Positions 1-7,659 are shown, counted from the first letter of the stretch. The stretch is 26,809 nucleotides of DNA from a virus (IMGVR_UViG_3300022930_000028:1-26809), one strand, 5' to 3'. Made by a program: numbers and translations. Notes: generated by a model from the sequence alone, not told the origin.

Positions 1-112
1 TTGGCTTGGTCCAGCTAGGGCAGCCGTAGACGAAGGCGAACAGCAGGGCCTGCTGAGAATTCAGCCCCCACTCCAGCGCCTTCACCTGGTTAATCGTGAC
101 GGTGTATTGCAT
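1..112 (-). CDS. N-terminus of probable phage replication protein (runs off window edge)
   Basis: ATG at 112 begins 1 nt after the antirepressor stop; reads MQYTVTINQVKALEWGLNSQQALLFAFVYGCPSWTKP, open to the edge. Sits in the lambda O-like position downstream of cro. Confidence 0.6.
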   Translation of the reverse strand, partial: MQYTVTINQVKALEWGLNSQQALLFAFVYGCPSWTKP

Positions 113-113
113 G

Positions 114-914
114 TCAGGCCTTCCCGACCTTAGCGGCCAATTCAAGGAAGCGATCCACGTACCAGTGAGGCTGCGTCTCGCGGGGGCATTGAGGACTGGT
201 GAGGTTCTTGCCGTAGGCCATGCCCTTCTCAGTCACGGACCAGAAGTCGACCATTTCCTGCTTGGAGTTTTTGCGCTGGAGCAGATTCAGGAAGCCGTGG
301 GCCTTGAGTGCAAGGTTGAAGGCGCGGGCGGTGCTGGCGATGGCGTGATCTTTGATAAGGGCGGTGATTGCCTTTGTAGGCATCGAAGAGCCGCCAGCGG
401 CATCTGATGCAGCGTCCACTGCGTAGCCTGGGAGGAATTTCGGATCCAGGCCATTGTTCTGGGCGATCTTGGTGAGCATTGCCATCTGGCAGGACGCGGC
501 AGGCTTCAGCAGGCGCGTGAAGCACTCCATGATGGCGATCTCGCCGATTACCTTGGTGCCGGTGAGCTGTACCTGTTCGCGAGCACCTTGCTGCTGCTCC
601 AGTTCGCGCCAGCGGCGAATCACTGCAAGCCGCATTTTTGCGCTGTACCCTGTAAGCAGGGTGTCAGTGAGTTCGCGATTCAGTTCAAAGCATGGGAGAG
701 ACCGGCCAGTACTGTCTTGGTACTGAGCCGAACAATCGGCCCAGTCAATTTCCAGTTCCTTGAGCATTGAGCGGATGTCCGCCAGCACATGCTTGTGCGC
801 CTTGCCTGTGAGCTTGGCGATCTCGCGGGACGACATAGTCCGCGCCACGTTTTTTGATTGCGAAAAACGTGGCGCGAGATTGGTATCGCTGTTGATATGT
901 GGCTGGGTTTGCAT
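114..914 (-). CDS. Rha-family phage regulatory protein with C-terminal KilA-C/ANT-like antirepressor domain
   Basis: N-terminal TMSSREIAKLTGKAHKHVLADIR...YQDSTGRSLPCFEL...LLTGYSAKMRLAVIRRWRELE is Rha-type; C-terminal FNLALKAHGFL...WSVTEKGMAYG is KilA-C-like. GAGG RBS upstream. Confidence 0.85.
   Translation of the reverse strand: MQTQPHINSDTNLAPRFSQSKNVARTMSSREIAKLTGKAHKHVLADIRSMLKELEIDWADCSAQYQDSTGRSLPCFELNRELTDTLLTGYSAKMRLAVIRRWRELEQQQGAREQVQLTGTKVIGEIAIMECFTRLLKPAASCQMAMLTKIAQNNGLDPKFLPGYAVDAASDAAGGSSMPTKAITALIKDHAIASTARAFNLALKAHGFLNLLQRKNSKQEMVDFWSVTEKGMAYGKNLTSPQCPRETQPHWYVDRFLELAAKVGKA
841..876. repeat. 14-bp perfect inverted repeat, copy 1 of the CGCGCCAC...GTGGCGCG element
   Basis: CGCGCCACGTTTTT-N8-AAAAACGTGGCGCG; related copies at 14699-14735 and 16535-16571. 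Confidence 0.8.
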
Positions 915-919
915 ATAAT
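892..919 (+). promoter_or_regulatory. Sigma70-like promoter antisense to the antirepressor start
   Basis: TTGATA (892-897), 16-nt spacer, TATAAT (914-919). Confidence 0.6.
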
Positions 920-925
920 CGGCCT

Positions 926-969
926 CACAAGTGTTATCGAATCAGCCGACCTCGACCGTCGGCTTTTTT
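926..969 (+). ncRNA. Candidate ~45-nt antisense sRNA (sar/OOP-like) against the antirepressor leader
   Basis: Lies between the promoter at 892-919 and a plus-strand intrinsic terminator; complementary to the rha/ant 5' leader at the edge of its RBS. Confidence 0.5.
944..969 (+). terminator. Rho-independent terminator
   Basis: AGCCGAC-ctcgacc-GTCGGCT stem followed by a T-run. Confidence 0.7.
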
Positions 970-1039
970 GTGTCTGTAATTCAGCGCGCCTGCGCCAAAC
1001 TCCCCACCCCACTCCCCGTTCCGCATCTCTAAAAACCCA

Positions 1040-1055
1040 CTGGATAAAACTCCAG
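1040..1055. promoter_or_regulatory. Possible LexA (SOS) box upstream of the antirepressor
   Basis: CTGGATAAAACTCCAG fits CTG-N10-CAG with an AT-rich core, about 125 nt upstream of the ATG at 914. Confidence 0.45.
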
Positions 1056-1125
1056 CGACTTCAGGTTTCTTACTTCGCAGAGCGGTTGGGCCGATACTGG
1101 CTACATGGATTGGCGGGCGTGGGTC

Positions 1126-1365
1126 TCAGGCGGCAGATTTTTTCGGATGGGCTTCGGAAAGAAGCCAAGACGGTTCGAATGGCTTGCCATTGGCTGATGC
1201 CAGAGCCGCAATTCTTTCTGCGTACCGTGTTTCCCCGGTGTATTCAGTGCGCGGCAGGCACTCCGCGGTCAGCCACTTGTAAACGGCTCGCGGCGTCTTG
1301 CCGCATGCCAGAGCAACCACCGGAACGCCGCCGGCGTCATCAATAGATTTCTTAAGCGGGCTCAT
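1126..1365 (-). CDS. cro: Cro-like HTH repressor
   Basis: 79 aa; GGVPVVALACGKTPRAVYKW HTH; divergent from the S24 repressor; GGAGG RBS. Confidence 0.8.
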   Translation of the reverse strand: MSPLKKSIDDAGGVPVVALACGKTPRAVYKWLTAECLPRTEYTGETRYAERIAALASANGKPFEPSWLLSEAHPKKSAA

Positions 1366-1400
1366 GGGGCCTCCAGGCGAAATATGAACTTGCAGTACAT

Positions 1401-1428
1401 ATTATGTCGGAACTGAAAGTACATGCAA
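1401..1428 (-). promoter_or_regulatory. PR-like promoter for cro
   Basis: Minus strand TTGCAT-N16-CATAAT overlapping the operators. Confidence 0.55.
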
Positions 1429-1433
1429 GGGCA

Positions 1434-1449
1434 TGCGATATTGAACCTA
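1434..1449 (+). promoter_or_regulatory. PRM-like extended -10 element, probably giving leaderless cI mRNA
   Basis: TGcGATATT (1434-1442), then 6 nt to the A of ATG 1449; no Shine-Dalgarno. Confidence 0.45.
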
Positions 1450-2303
1450 TGGTTCAAATAGAAGAGATACGTGCCGCGTTTGCCTCCCGCCTCAAGAAAT
1501 CACTTGCCGAAAAAGGCATTGACCAGTGGGGCGCGGGCGCTCGTCTGGCGGAAATGACCAAGGTCACGCCGAAAGCAGCCAGCAAGTGGCTCAATGGCGA
1601 GTCAATACCTGGTCCCGCAAAGATGCAGGCTATTGCTGCGCATCTCGACGTCAAGATTGAGTGGCTCCAGCACGGATCTGGCGATGGCCCAGGCCTATCG
1701 GAAGGGGAGCCGGATTTAAGTCCGACCTCTACTGCTGCTGATAAAATCCGAGCAATGCTGGCGGGTAAGGGTCTCGGCGAGGACAAGCTGCGGAAGCTGC
1801 TGGCTGTTGCTGAGGGCGATGAGGCGGAAGAGGCTGGTGGAGTTCTCGTACATGACGCCTACAAGCCTGGAAAGGTCGGCGACGAGGTATGGATCGCCCA
1901 CTATGACATTCGGGGTGCCTTAGGCGGCGGCGAGGTAGCTCACGACTACCCTGAAATGCTTCAGGACGTTAGGGTCAGTCCTTCCCAGCTCCGGGCGATG
2001 GGCGTTGAATTCAAAGAGCACTATCACCTGAAAATGATCACTGGTTGGGGTCAGTCGATGGCTCCGACAATTAAGCATGGCGACCCCCTGCTGGTCGATA
2101 TCAGCATCAAGGAATTCATCGGAGATGGGATCTACTTCTTCTCCTACCAGGGCTTCCAATACATCAAGCGCTTGCAGATGAAGGGGAAAGACAAATTCAA
2201 GATGCTTTCGGACAATCGGAAGCACAAAGCCGAAGACATTTTCGCTGACGAGACCTACATCCAGGCGCGCGTTCTGCTCGTCTGGAATGCCAATCTGGTG
2301 TGA
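1449..2303 (+). CDS. cI: CI-like phage repressor (HTH + peptidase S24)
   Basis: HTH ARLAEMTKVTPKAASKWLNGESIP; S24 motifs GQSMAPTIKHGD (Ser) and YIKRL (Lys). Start re-picked at MVQIEE. Confidence 0.92.
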   Translation: MVQIEEIRAAFASRLKKSLAEKGIDQWGAGARLAEMTKVTPKAASKWLNGESIPGPAKMQAIAAHLDVKIEWLQHGSGDGPGLSEGEPDLSPTSTAADKIRAMLAGKGLGEDKLRKLLAVAEGDEAEEAGGVLVHDAYKPGKVGDEVWIAHYDIRGALGGGEVAHDYPEMLQDVRVSPSQLRAMGVEFKEHYHLKMITGWGQSMAPTIKHGDPLLVDISIKEFIGDGIYFFSYQGFQYIKRLQMKGKDKFKMLSDNRKHKAEDIFADETYIQARVLLVWNANLV

Positions 2304-2306
2304 CCC

Positions 2307-2531
2307 ATGCCCCTCACCAAGCCCAACCAACAATTACGCCGCGACCTCAAGGCGATCGCCTCAAACCTTGAGGAGTCCTGTATCGAGCTGGGCAAGCTGG
2401 CAGAAAAGCTAAGTGATGCTGACGCTCTGGCGTTGATGGGTTTGGTGGGCACGCTCTACGAGGAATCCGACAGGCTGGTGGGGTACGCGGACGAAGTGAA
2501 GATCGGCCGAATAAAGAGAGCTGCGGAATAA
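2307..2531 (+). CDS. Small helical hypothetical protein immediately downstream of cI
   Basis: 74-aa ORF starting 3 nt after the cI stop. Confidence 0.7.
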   Translation: MPLTKPNQQLRRDLKAIASNLEESCIELGKLAEKLSDADALALMGLVGTLYEESDRLVGYADEVKIGRIKRAAE

Positions 2532-2536
2532 CCCGG

Positions 2537-2770
2537 ATGACTGCTTGGAGGAATCAGAGCTTCTGGAGCAAGACTGGGGTCTGGGCCTGGCTGGCGTTCA
2601 TGGCAGTCTTTACCAGCTACACCGACGCGGGCTGGATGGCCGGGGGCTCATCTATTCGCAAGCGCGTCTTCAGCCCCGGCTTTATTTTGCTCTGCGCCTT
2701 TGTGGCTGTGTATGAGCTGGTAGCGTTGAATCACTTCCATCGCTCGCAGATTAAACTTGGACGCCTATAA
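2537..2770 (+). CDS. Small membrane protein (two hydrophobic segments)
   Basis: VWAWLAFMAVF and FILLCAFVAVYELVAL; operonic spacing. Confidence 0.6.
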   Translation: MTAWRNQSFWSKTGVWAWLAFMAVFTSYTDAGWMAGGSSIRKRVFSPGFILLCAFVAVYELVALNHFHRSQIKLGRL

Positions 2771-2875
2771 ACGGTACGATGGAAGAAGGCAACTTGAGAG
2801 CGGATTTGTAGCCTTTTTTTAGAGGCTGAAGTGCGCATAGATACTGAGCATGAGAACGAGACAAGGAGGTCGGGA

Positions 2876-3448
2876 TTGATTCCTGAGTGGAACGCGGAGG
2901 GCTTGCTTCCTCCAATAAACGAGTTAAACCCCGTCGACCTGAACAGATCGCCATACGAAACTGACCTTGTTCAGCTTATTCAGCGATTCGCCACCAGCGC
3001 TGAGCGTTGTCTAATCCTTCGGGGATATTTGGCACATCGCGCAGAATTGCATCTCTTGGGCGTGGATGCCGGCTTCCAATGGCTAGACGGCAGCTTTTCA
3101 GAAAACATTGAGCTAATTGAGCACAGATCTCCAGGTGACGTGGATGTCGTCACGTTCACTCATCGGGGCGATGACTTTTTTGATGCGCTAACTGACGACC
3201 AAATTCGCCTTTTGGGTGATACTGAGTGGATAAAGGACCGCTTCAAGGTCGATTTTTACATTCAATCGCTACAGGATGACCCTGAGATACTCGTGTCCAT
3301 GTCTGCATACTGGTACAGCATGTGGTCTCATAGGAGGTCTAAGCAATGGAAAGGATTCCTGAGATTGGATCTCGCGCCATACCAAGACGCCGAAGCTCTG
3401 GCAATGCTCGAAGCTCGTCAACAGGAGCTCGCACATGAACAGGAATGA
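2876..3448 (+). CDS. DUF6932-like pol-beta-superfamily nucleotidyltransferase
   Basis: GLLPP N-terminus, FQWLDGSF and PGDVDVVTF (GS...DxD) motifs, later VDFY. Likely TTG start after AAGGAGG (ORF track starts at 2831). Confidence 0.75.
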   Translation: MIPEWNAEGLLPPINELNPVDLNRSPYETDLVQLIQRFATSAERCLILRGYLAHRAELHLLGVDAGFQWLDGSFSENIELIEHRSPGDVDVVTFTHRGDDFFDALTDDQIRLLGDTEWIKDRFKVDFYIQSLQDDPEILVSMSAYWYSMWSHRRSKQWKGFLRLDLAPYQDAEALAMLEARQQELAHEQE

Positions 3449-4346
3449 ATACCTACACAGCGCAGCCGAGGTCAGCTTTCTTGAGAAGGAACTCTCGAAA
3501 AAGGGCGTAAGTAGGCTGACTGCGATGTCGCTGAATTCCAGAATTCAGCGAGCAAAGTCATTCCTCGAAAAAAGTGGCGTAAACCCTTACCAGCCCGCGA
3601 AAGTGATATTGACTTATCGTGGGGCGCCAGTTTGGGGTACACACGGAGTGCTGGCTGAATTCGGAACCTCGGCGACTCAGGCATTTAGTGAAGCCATAAC
3701 CATGATTGCCGCGTCAATTTCGGGGACGCTGGCAGACAAGGGCCCTATTCCAAATCGCTCCAACAATCAGCTTCTAATAACTGGCGCGGCATTAGGCTCC
3801 TTCGGTTTCCAGCTAGAGGAAGCTCCTGCTGAGCGTCAACTCGATATTGAAGGCACCACACCTGTCTCTCAGGCGATCGACTTGATAGCGGAGTTGCTCG
3901 AAGCAACAACCAAGAGTGATGAAGAGCTCTCCGAGCCGGTTTCTAGGCTGGCTGATAGGGCCATCACGGCTGTTGCTGATTTCTTAGGAAAGCTTTCCAG
4001 CTATGAAGCATCCTGCTCTTTGACGACTCGCACCAAAAAATTCCAATTCGTCGATAGTGAGCAGGTAAGGCGAAGCAAGGAACGTCTAAGTCTGGACAAT
4101 ATAAAAGAGAGCATCGAGACTTTTACAGGTGAGTTTATTGGTGCCCTCCCAGACAAAAGGGCTTTTGAGTTTCGCACTGTCGATGGTCACGTAATCTATG
4201 GAAGCATCAAGCGAGACGTTCCCAACCCTAATGCTATCAACCAAAACCTCTATCGATCATTCAAAATTACCGTGAACGCCAAAACAATAGGAAGCAGCAG
4301 GCCTCGCTACATTCTTCAGGCCCTACCCTGGGAACACGCGGAGTAA
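3435..4346 (+). CDS. Hypothetical 303-aa protein overlapping the end of the NTase gene
   Basis: Overlaps the NTase stop, has its own AGGAG RBS, contains a GSFGF motif and a beta-rich C-terminus; terminator follows. Confidence 0.8.
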   Translation: MNRNEYLHSAAEVSFLEKELSKKGVSRLTAMSLNSRIQRAKSFLEKSGVNPYQPAKVILTYRGAPVWGTHGVLAEFGTSATQAFSEAITMIAASISGTLADKGPIPNRSNNQLLITGAALGSFGFQLEEAPAERQLDIEGTTPVSQAIDLIAELLEATTKSDEELSEPVSRLADRAITAVADFLGKLSSYEASCSLTTRTKKFQFVDSEQVRRSKERLSLDNIKESIETFTGEFIGALPDKRAFEFRTVDGHVIYGSIKRDVPNPNAINQNLYRSFKITVNAKTIGSSRPRYILQALPWEHAE

Positions 4347-4351
4347 TCATT

Positions 4352-4378
4352 AAGCCCGGCCCAGTGCCGGGCTTCTTG
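4352..4378. terminator. Bidirectional terminator, copy of a repeated hairpin
   Basis: AAGCCCGGC-ccagt-GCCGGGCTT between convergent genes. Confidence 0.75.
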
Positions 4379-4391
4379 AATCTGCCTGCGA

Positions 4392-4679
4392 CTAATGTAG
4401 AGCCTTCGCTTTCGCTAGCAACCGGGCGCGGACTCCCTTTTCTGGGTTTACCAATGAAGCATCGGTACTGCCATCCTCCCCCTCCGCTGTCGGCACGAGC
4501 GTAACCCCTGAGACGGCGACTGCCAGACCTGGCATCTTAGTCCCGCTGACCTGAGTAACGCTGGTGCCGTTTGCCGTGAAGTGCATCGTAAGGCCCCAAG
4601 AGCCGGTATGGATATTCTGGTCGCGCAACAATGCGGTAATAAGATCACCAATCGAAAACGACCGCTCCTTCGTTGCCAT
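4392..4679 (-). CDS. Hypothetical protein (95 aa, MATKERSFSIGD...)
   Basis: Strong AGGAGG RBS before ATG 4679; flanked by direct-repeat hairpins. Confidence 0.65.
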   Translation of the reverse strand: MATKERSFSIGDLITALLRDQNIHTGSWGLTMHFTANGTSVTQVSGTKMPGLAVAVSGVTLVPTAEGEDGSTDASLVNPEKGVRARLLAKAKALH

Positions 4680-4739
4680 AACTCCTCCTGTCAGTTCTAA
4701 GATTCTCACCTGGAATAGTAGGATGCCTCGGCCAATGAT

Positions 4740-4764
4740 GCCCGGCCCAGTGCAGGGCTTCTTG
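4740..4764. repeat. Near-identical copy of the 4354-4378 terminator hairpin
   Basis: GCCCGGCCCAGTGCAGGGCTTCTTG vs GCCCGGCCCAGTGCCGGGCTTCTTG (1 mismatch). Confidence 0.8.
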
Positions 4765-4817
4765 TTTCTGCCCTTACCAGTTAGGATCGTTGCTCGCATC
4801 CGTATGGAGGGGGCTGC

Positions 4818-5054
4818 ATGAACCCCACCGCAACCAGGCTGGTCAAGATCACCGCATTCGTAAGTGTGTGCGCCAGCGTAGCCTATGTGGCCCACGTCGT
4901 CGGCCAGGAGGTCGTTTACGTTCATGCGAAGGTCAGCGGATCGACAAGCACTGAGAATAAGCGTCAGGTGCTGACTTGGCCTGAAGCCGTCGCGTTGCCG
5001 GAATTGCGAGTTTCTCCCCCAAAGACGAACGCCCGACCTGGCGCTGATGACTAA
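4818..5054 (+). CDS. Hypothetical protein with N-terminal hydrophobic segment
   Basis: GGAGG RBS; 78 aa. Confidence 0.5.
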   Translation: MNPTATRLVKITAFVSVCASVAYVAHVVGQEVVYVHAKVSGSTSTENKRQVLTWPEAVALPELRVSPPKTNARPGADD

Positions 5055-5122
5055 ATACTGCGCCAAAGTGTGACGATCGACATTTCACAAACCTTTCACA
5101 GTTGAGCGCTTATGGTTACCCC

Positions 5123-5177
5123 AGCTCCTAGTGAACATCCCTTTAAGCCCGCTACTCCCCATCGCGGGCTTTTCTTT
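5123..5177 (+). ncRNA. Candidate short sRNA ending in a terminator with a C-rich loop
   Basis: TTCAC-N6-TTCAC repeat (5084-5099), TATGGT -10-like element (5111-5116), AAGCCCGC/GCGGGCTT stem (5145-5171) plus T-run. Confidence 0.3.
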
Positions 5178-5293
5178 GTGTGTGATTTGCCTCACCGAGA
5201 TTCACTACTTCTCAGCCTACTCCGGCGATGCCTATACGCGCCCGCCTACAAAATGACACGATAGCGCCTCGCCTTCGAAAGCAGGAATACAGG

Positions 5294-5704
5294 ATGTTCA
5301 GTCACGTAACCGTTGGTACAAACGATCTTGAAAAAGCAGCTGCCTTCTATGACGCGGTACTGATCCCTCTGGGTTTGTGCCGCCGAGTTGTAACCCCTGA
5401 TGGTGGGCCGCTTTCTGCATGCTGGATTAAACCCGACAGTCCCCTACCTCGCTTTTATGTTTACTGCCCTTACGATCTAAAAGAGGCTTTAGCGGGAAAT
5501 GGCAGCATGATGGCTTTTTCCGCGCCACATCCAGATGCAGTCGATACTGCCTATGCCGCAGGGCTTAGGACTGGTGGTGCTGATGCAGGCGAACCCGGGC
5601 CGCGGCCGCACTATGGTGACGGCTACTATGGCGCGTACCTACGTGACCCGGATGGCAATAAAGTGCACATAGTCCATCGTGGCGATTTGAACTTGCAGGA
5701 GTAG
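5294..5704 (+). CDS. VOC/glyoxalase-family protein
   Basis: MFSHVTVGTNDLEKAAAFYD...GEPGPRPHYG...YGAYLRDPDGNK signature. Confidence 0.9.
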   Translation: MFSHVTVGTNDLEKAAAFYDAVLIPLGLCRRVVTPDGGPLSACWIKPDSPLPRFYVYCPYDLKEALAGNGSMMAFSAPHPDAVDTAYAAGLRTGGADAGEPGPRPHYGDGYYGAYLRDPDGNKVHIVHRGDLNLQE

Positions 5705-5728
5705 GCACACCGGTTTGCGTTGTTTGAG

Positions 5729-5753
5729 GCCCGGCCAGATCGCGGGCTTTTCT
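5729..5753 (+). terminator. Degenerate copy of the repeated terminator hairpin
   Basis: GCCCGGCCAGATCGCGGGCTTTTCT after the VOC gene. Confidence 0.5.
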
Positions 5754-5827
5754 TCACCTATGATTTGGTCGTCGCAAGCCCCTTACCCTGAACTACGCTC
5801 CCAACATCATCGACTGGAGCCAAAGCC

Positions 5828-6046
5828 ATGCCCTCCCCCGAATACTCCCTCACCGACACCCTTGAACGGATCTACGAGAATCAGCTCGCCCTGGAAGCGG
5901 CCATCATGGAGTTATCTTTATGGGCTAAGCGAAACGGAGGTGTCCAAGTCGATGCCAGCGTTCGCGGCGCGCTGTACACCATTGACGAAAATGCGGGACA
6001 CATTAAGCAGGGCCTGGCCAGGCTTAGGGCGCAAGAGCCGGGCTAG
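5828..6046 (+). CDS. Small helical hypothetical protein
   Basis: GGAG RBS; 72 aa (MPSPEYSLTDTLERIYENQLALEAAIMEL). Confidence 0.7.
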   Translation: MPSPEYSLTDTLERIYENQLALEAAIMELSLWAKRNGGVQVDASVRGALYTIDENAGHIKQGLARLRAQEPG

Positions 6047-6106
6047 TATCCAGACGGCACGTCGTGAGGTTCGAATATCTGAGCGCGCTTTACATGCTTG
6101 CCGGCG

Positions 6107-6364
6107 TTATGCCCGTCGATACAGCTTGTTTGGCAAGTCGGTCCGTAGCCTGGCTTCTTCCTTGATCTCAGCGACGAGCTTCGCAATGGCTCGACTTGAT
6201 CGAAGGGTTCTGGGATCGATCCCCGTGACCGTCAGCTCTACTTGTCTATTCGTAGGCTCGATCAGTTGAATCACCAGAGACCCGCTTGCGTCGGAAGTGC
6301 AGACGCAACGTGTTGGCAAAAACGCCGTCTCGATTATATGGCGCAGCTCAAGGCTAGAGATCAT
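6107..6364 (-). CDS. DUF1652-like protein
   Basis: MISSLELRHIIETAFLPTRCVCT...LTVTGI...SSRAIAKLVAEI recognised pattern. Confidence 0.75.
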   Translation of the reverse strand: MISSLELRHIIETAFLPTRCVCTSDASGSLVIQLIEPTNRQVELTVTGIDPRTLRSSRAIAKLVAEIKEEARLRTDLPNKLYRRA

Positions 6365-6604
6365 CGCTTTAATCCTGGAAAATTGCAGGATAGAGTCGTT
6401 GAACGCGGCGAATCTGGCTTAGGAAGCCTACTCAAAATTCGTTCAAGTTAGTACATATTAGCTTGCTTTTTGAGAGCCGCTTCAGCCTTGCGGATGCATC
6501 CAATAACCATGCTTAGCGGGCGTCCAGAGTCGAACACGCTCAGGAGCAATAAACGGCTGATGCAGCCAGATAAATGCGTAGCCCGCCACTGAGCGGACTA
6601 TTTG

Positions 6605-7063
6605 TTACTGGACCTGTGCGACTGGCGGCGATAAAGGGGATGGCGCGCTCGCAGCGGTAGGCTGGAGTGTGCCAATAACCTCATCGGGGAGTGTGTACAT
6701 CGCGCCTGTCAGTGGATCGACTATCAGCATGCCTACTGCGCCGCCAAGCAAGATATTCCACCAGTACCATCCGCTAATGGTCGGCTTTAGAGCTTGGGTG
6801 CTTTCACTGTAGCCGTCAGCACTGAAAGTGATCGAATAGCTCTCGCGCTTGAAGTAGCCACGACTAGTCTCCAGTAGCGCTGCCCCAGGCGTTTGCCCGG
6901 TAAGCAAAACTTTTCCCGCCGAATCCTTGATCGTATAGGTCGTGACCTGCGGTAAGGCGTAGATATTAACCTTCGGCTTGCTATTGCTCACGATACTGGC
7001 GCATCCGCCTATGGCAATCATTGCAGCAACAACTGTGGCGCCCGCCACCTTACCCATCTTCAT
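6605..7063 (-). CDS. Predicted lipoprotein with a C-terminal glycine-rich hydrophobic segment
   Basis: Lipobox-like IAIGG|CASIVS; GWYWWNILLGGAVGMLIVDPLTGAMY. Confidence 0.75.
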   Translation of the reverse strand: MKMGKVAGATVVAAMIAIGGCASIVSNSKPKVNIYALPQVTTYTIKDSAGKVLLTGQTPGAALLETSRGYFKRESYSITFSADGYSESTQALKPTISGWYWWNILLGGAVGMLIVDPLTGAMYTLPDEVIGTLQPTAASAPSPLSPPVAQVQ

Positions 7064-7173
7064 ACCATCACTCCGTTGCGCCTTCATTGGCTTGGCTGAC
7101 GTTCAGCCGGGCGCGATTGTATAGGAATGATGGCAGTTAGACATCCAGCCTGGAGCGGGCCTTATTGCTCTCG

Positions 7174-7485
7174 TCAGAATGGTGCCGCCTCTTCTTCGAC
7201 CTCAAACTCCGGCTCCCCTCTTCCCGCGACCTCCACCTCTTGCTGCTCCCACCTCACCGTCACGCTGCCGTCGTCATTCAGCGTCAGCTCAAGCTCGTCC
7301 GTGCTGGCAATCACACCCAGCACCTCCTCCCACTCCCTATCCCCGTCTGTGTCCAGCCGATGGATCGTCACCCAGCGCTGCGCCTGCGCTACGGGATGAT
7401 TGATCATCGATGAGACGCGCAACCCGAGCCGCTCTATCCCTGTCATTTCTTGCCGCGCCGCCGGTGATGCCTGTTTCTTCGCCAT
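7174..7485 (-). CDS. DUF1654-like protein, probably SOS-regulated
   Basis: ERLGLRVSSMINHPVAQAQRWVTIHRLDTD...DDGSVTVRW; LexA box 23 nt upstream. Confidence 0.8.
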   Translation of the reverse strand: MAKKQASPAARQEMTGIERLGLRVSSMINHPVAQAQRWVTIHRLDTDGDREWEEVLGVIASTDELELTLNDDGSVTVRWEQQEVEVAGRGEPEFEVEEEAAPF

Positions 7486-7507
7486 GCAAAATCCCCCCAG
7501 ATAAATA

Positions 7508-7523
7508 CTGTACATCCATACAG
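7508..7523. promoter_or_regulatory. LexA (SOS) box
   Basis: taCTGTACATCCATACAGca, a close match to CTGT-N8-ACAG. Confidence 0.85.
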
Positions 7524-7615
7524 CATGCGGCGACGAGCATAACGAACCTTTGGGTCAGCGTAAATCCCATTTTGGCCTCCGATTTCTGAACCAGGGAGCA
7601 GTTCTCGAAAATTTA

Positions 7616-7659
7616 TGTACTTTTGGTACTTGACTCAATATGAACCGATAGTTCATATT
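7616..7659 (+). promoter_or_regulatory. Left operator (two sites) and PL-like promoter
   Basis: TGTACttttgGTACT (7616-7630) and TGAACcgataGTTCA (7641-7655); TTGACT (7630-7635) and CATATT (7654-7659). Confidence 0.8.

Larger units (their letters stand above)
1385..1456. promoter_or_regulatory. Right operator region with three operators, TGWAC-N5-GTWCA
   Basis: TGAACttgcaGTACA (1385-1399), GGAACtgaaaGTACA (1409-1423), TGAACctatgGTTCA (1442-1456); the same motif recurs at 7616-7655. Confidence 0.8.

Noticed and set aside
1404-1448. Longer cI start from the ORF track (MSELKV...)
   Set aside because: It overlaps the operators and PR and has no RBS; ATG 1449 fits the HTH start and PRM geometry.
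4680-5066. N-terminal extension of the 224-aa minus-strand ORF
   Set aside because: It crosses a terminator repeat and a plus-strand gene; a strong RBS marks the real start at 4679.
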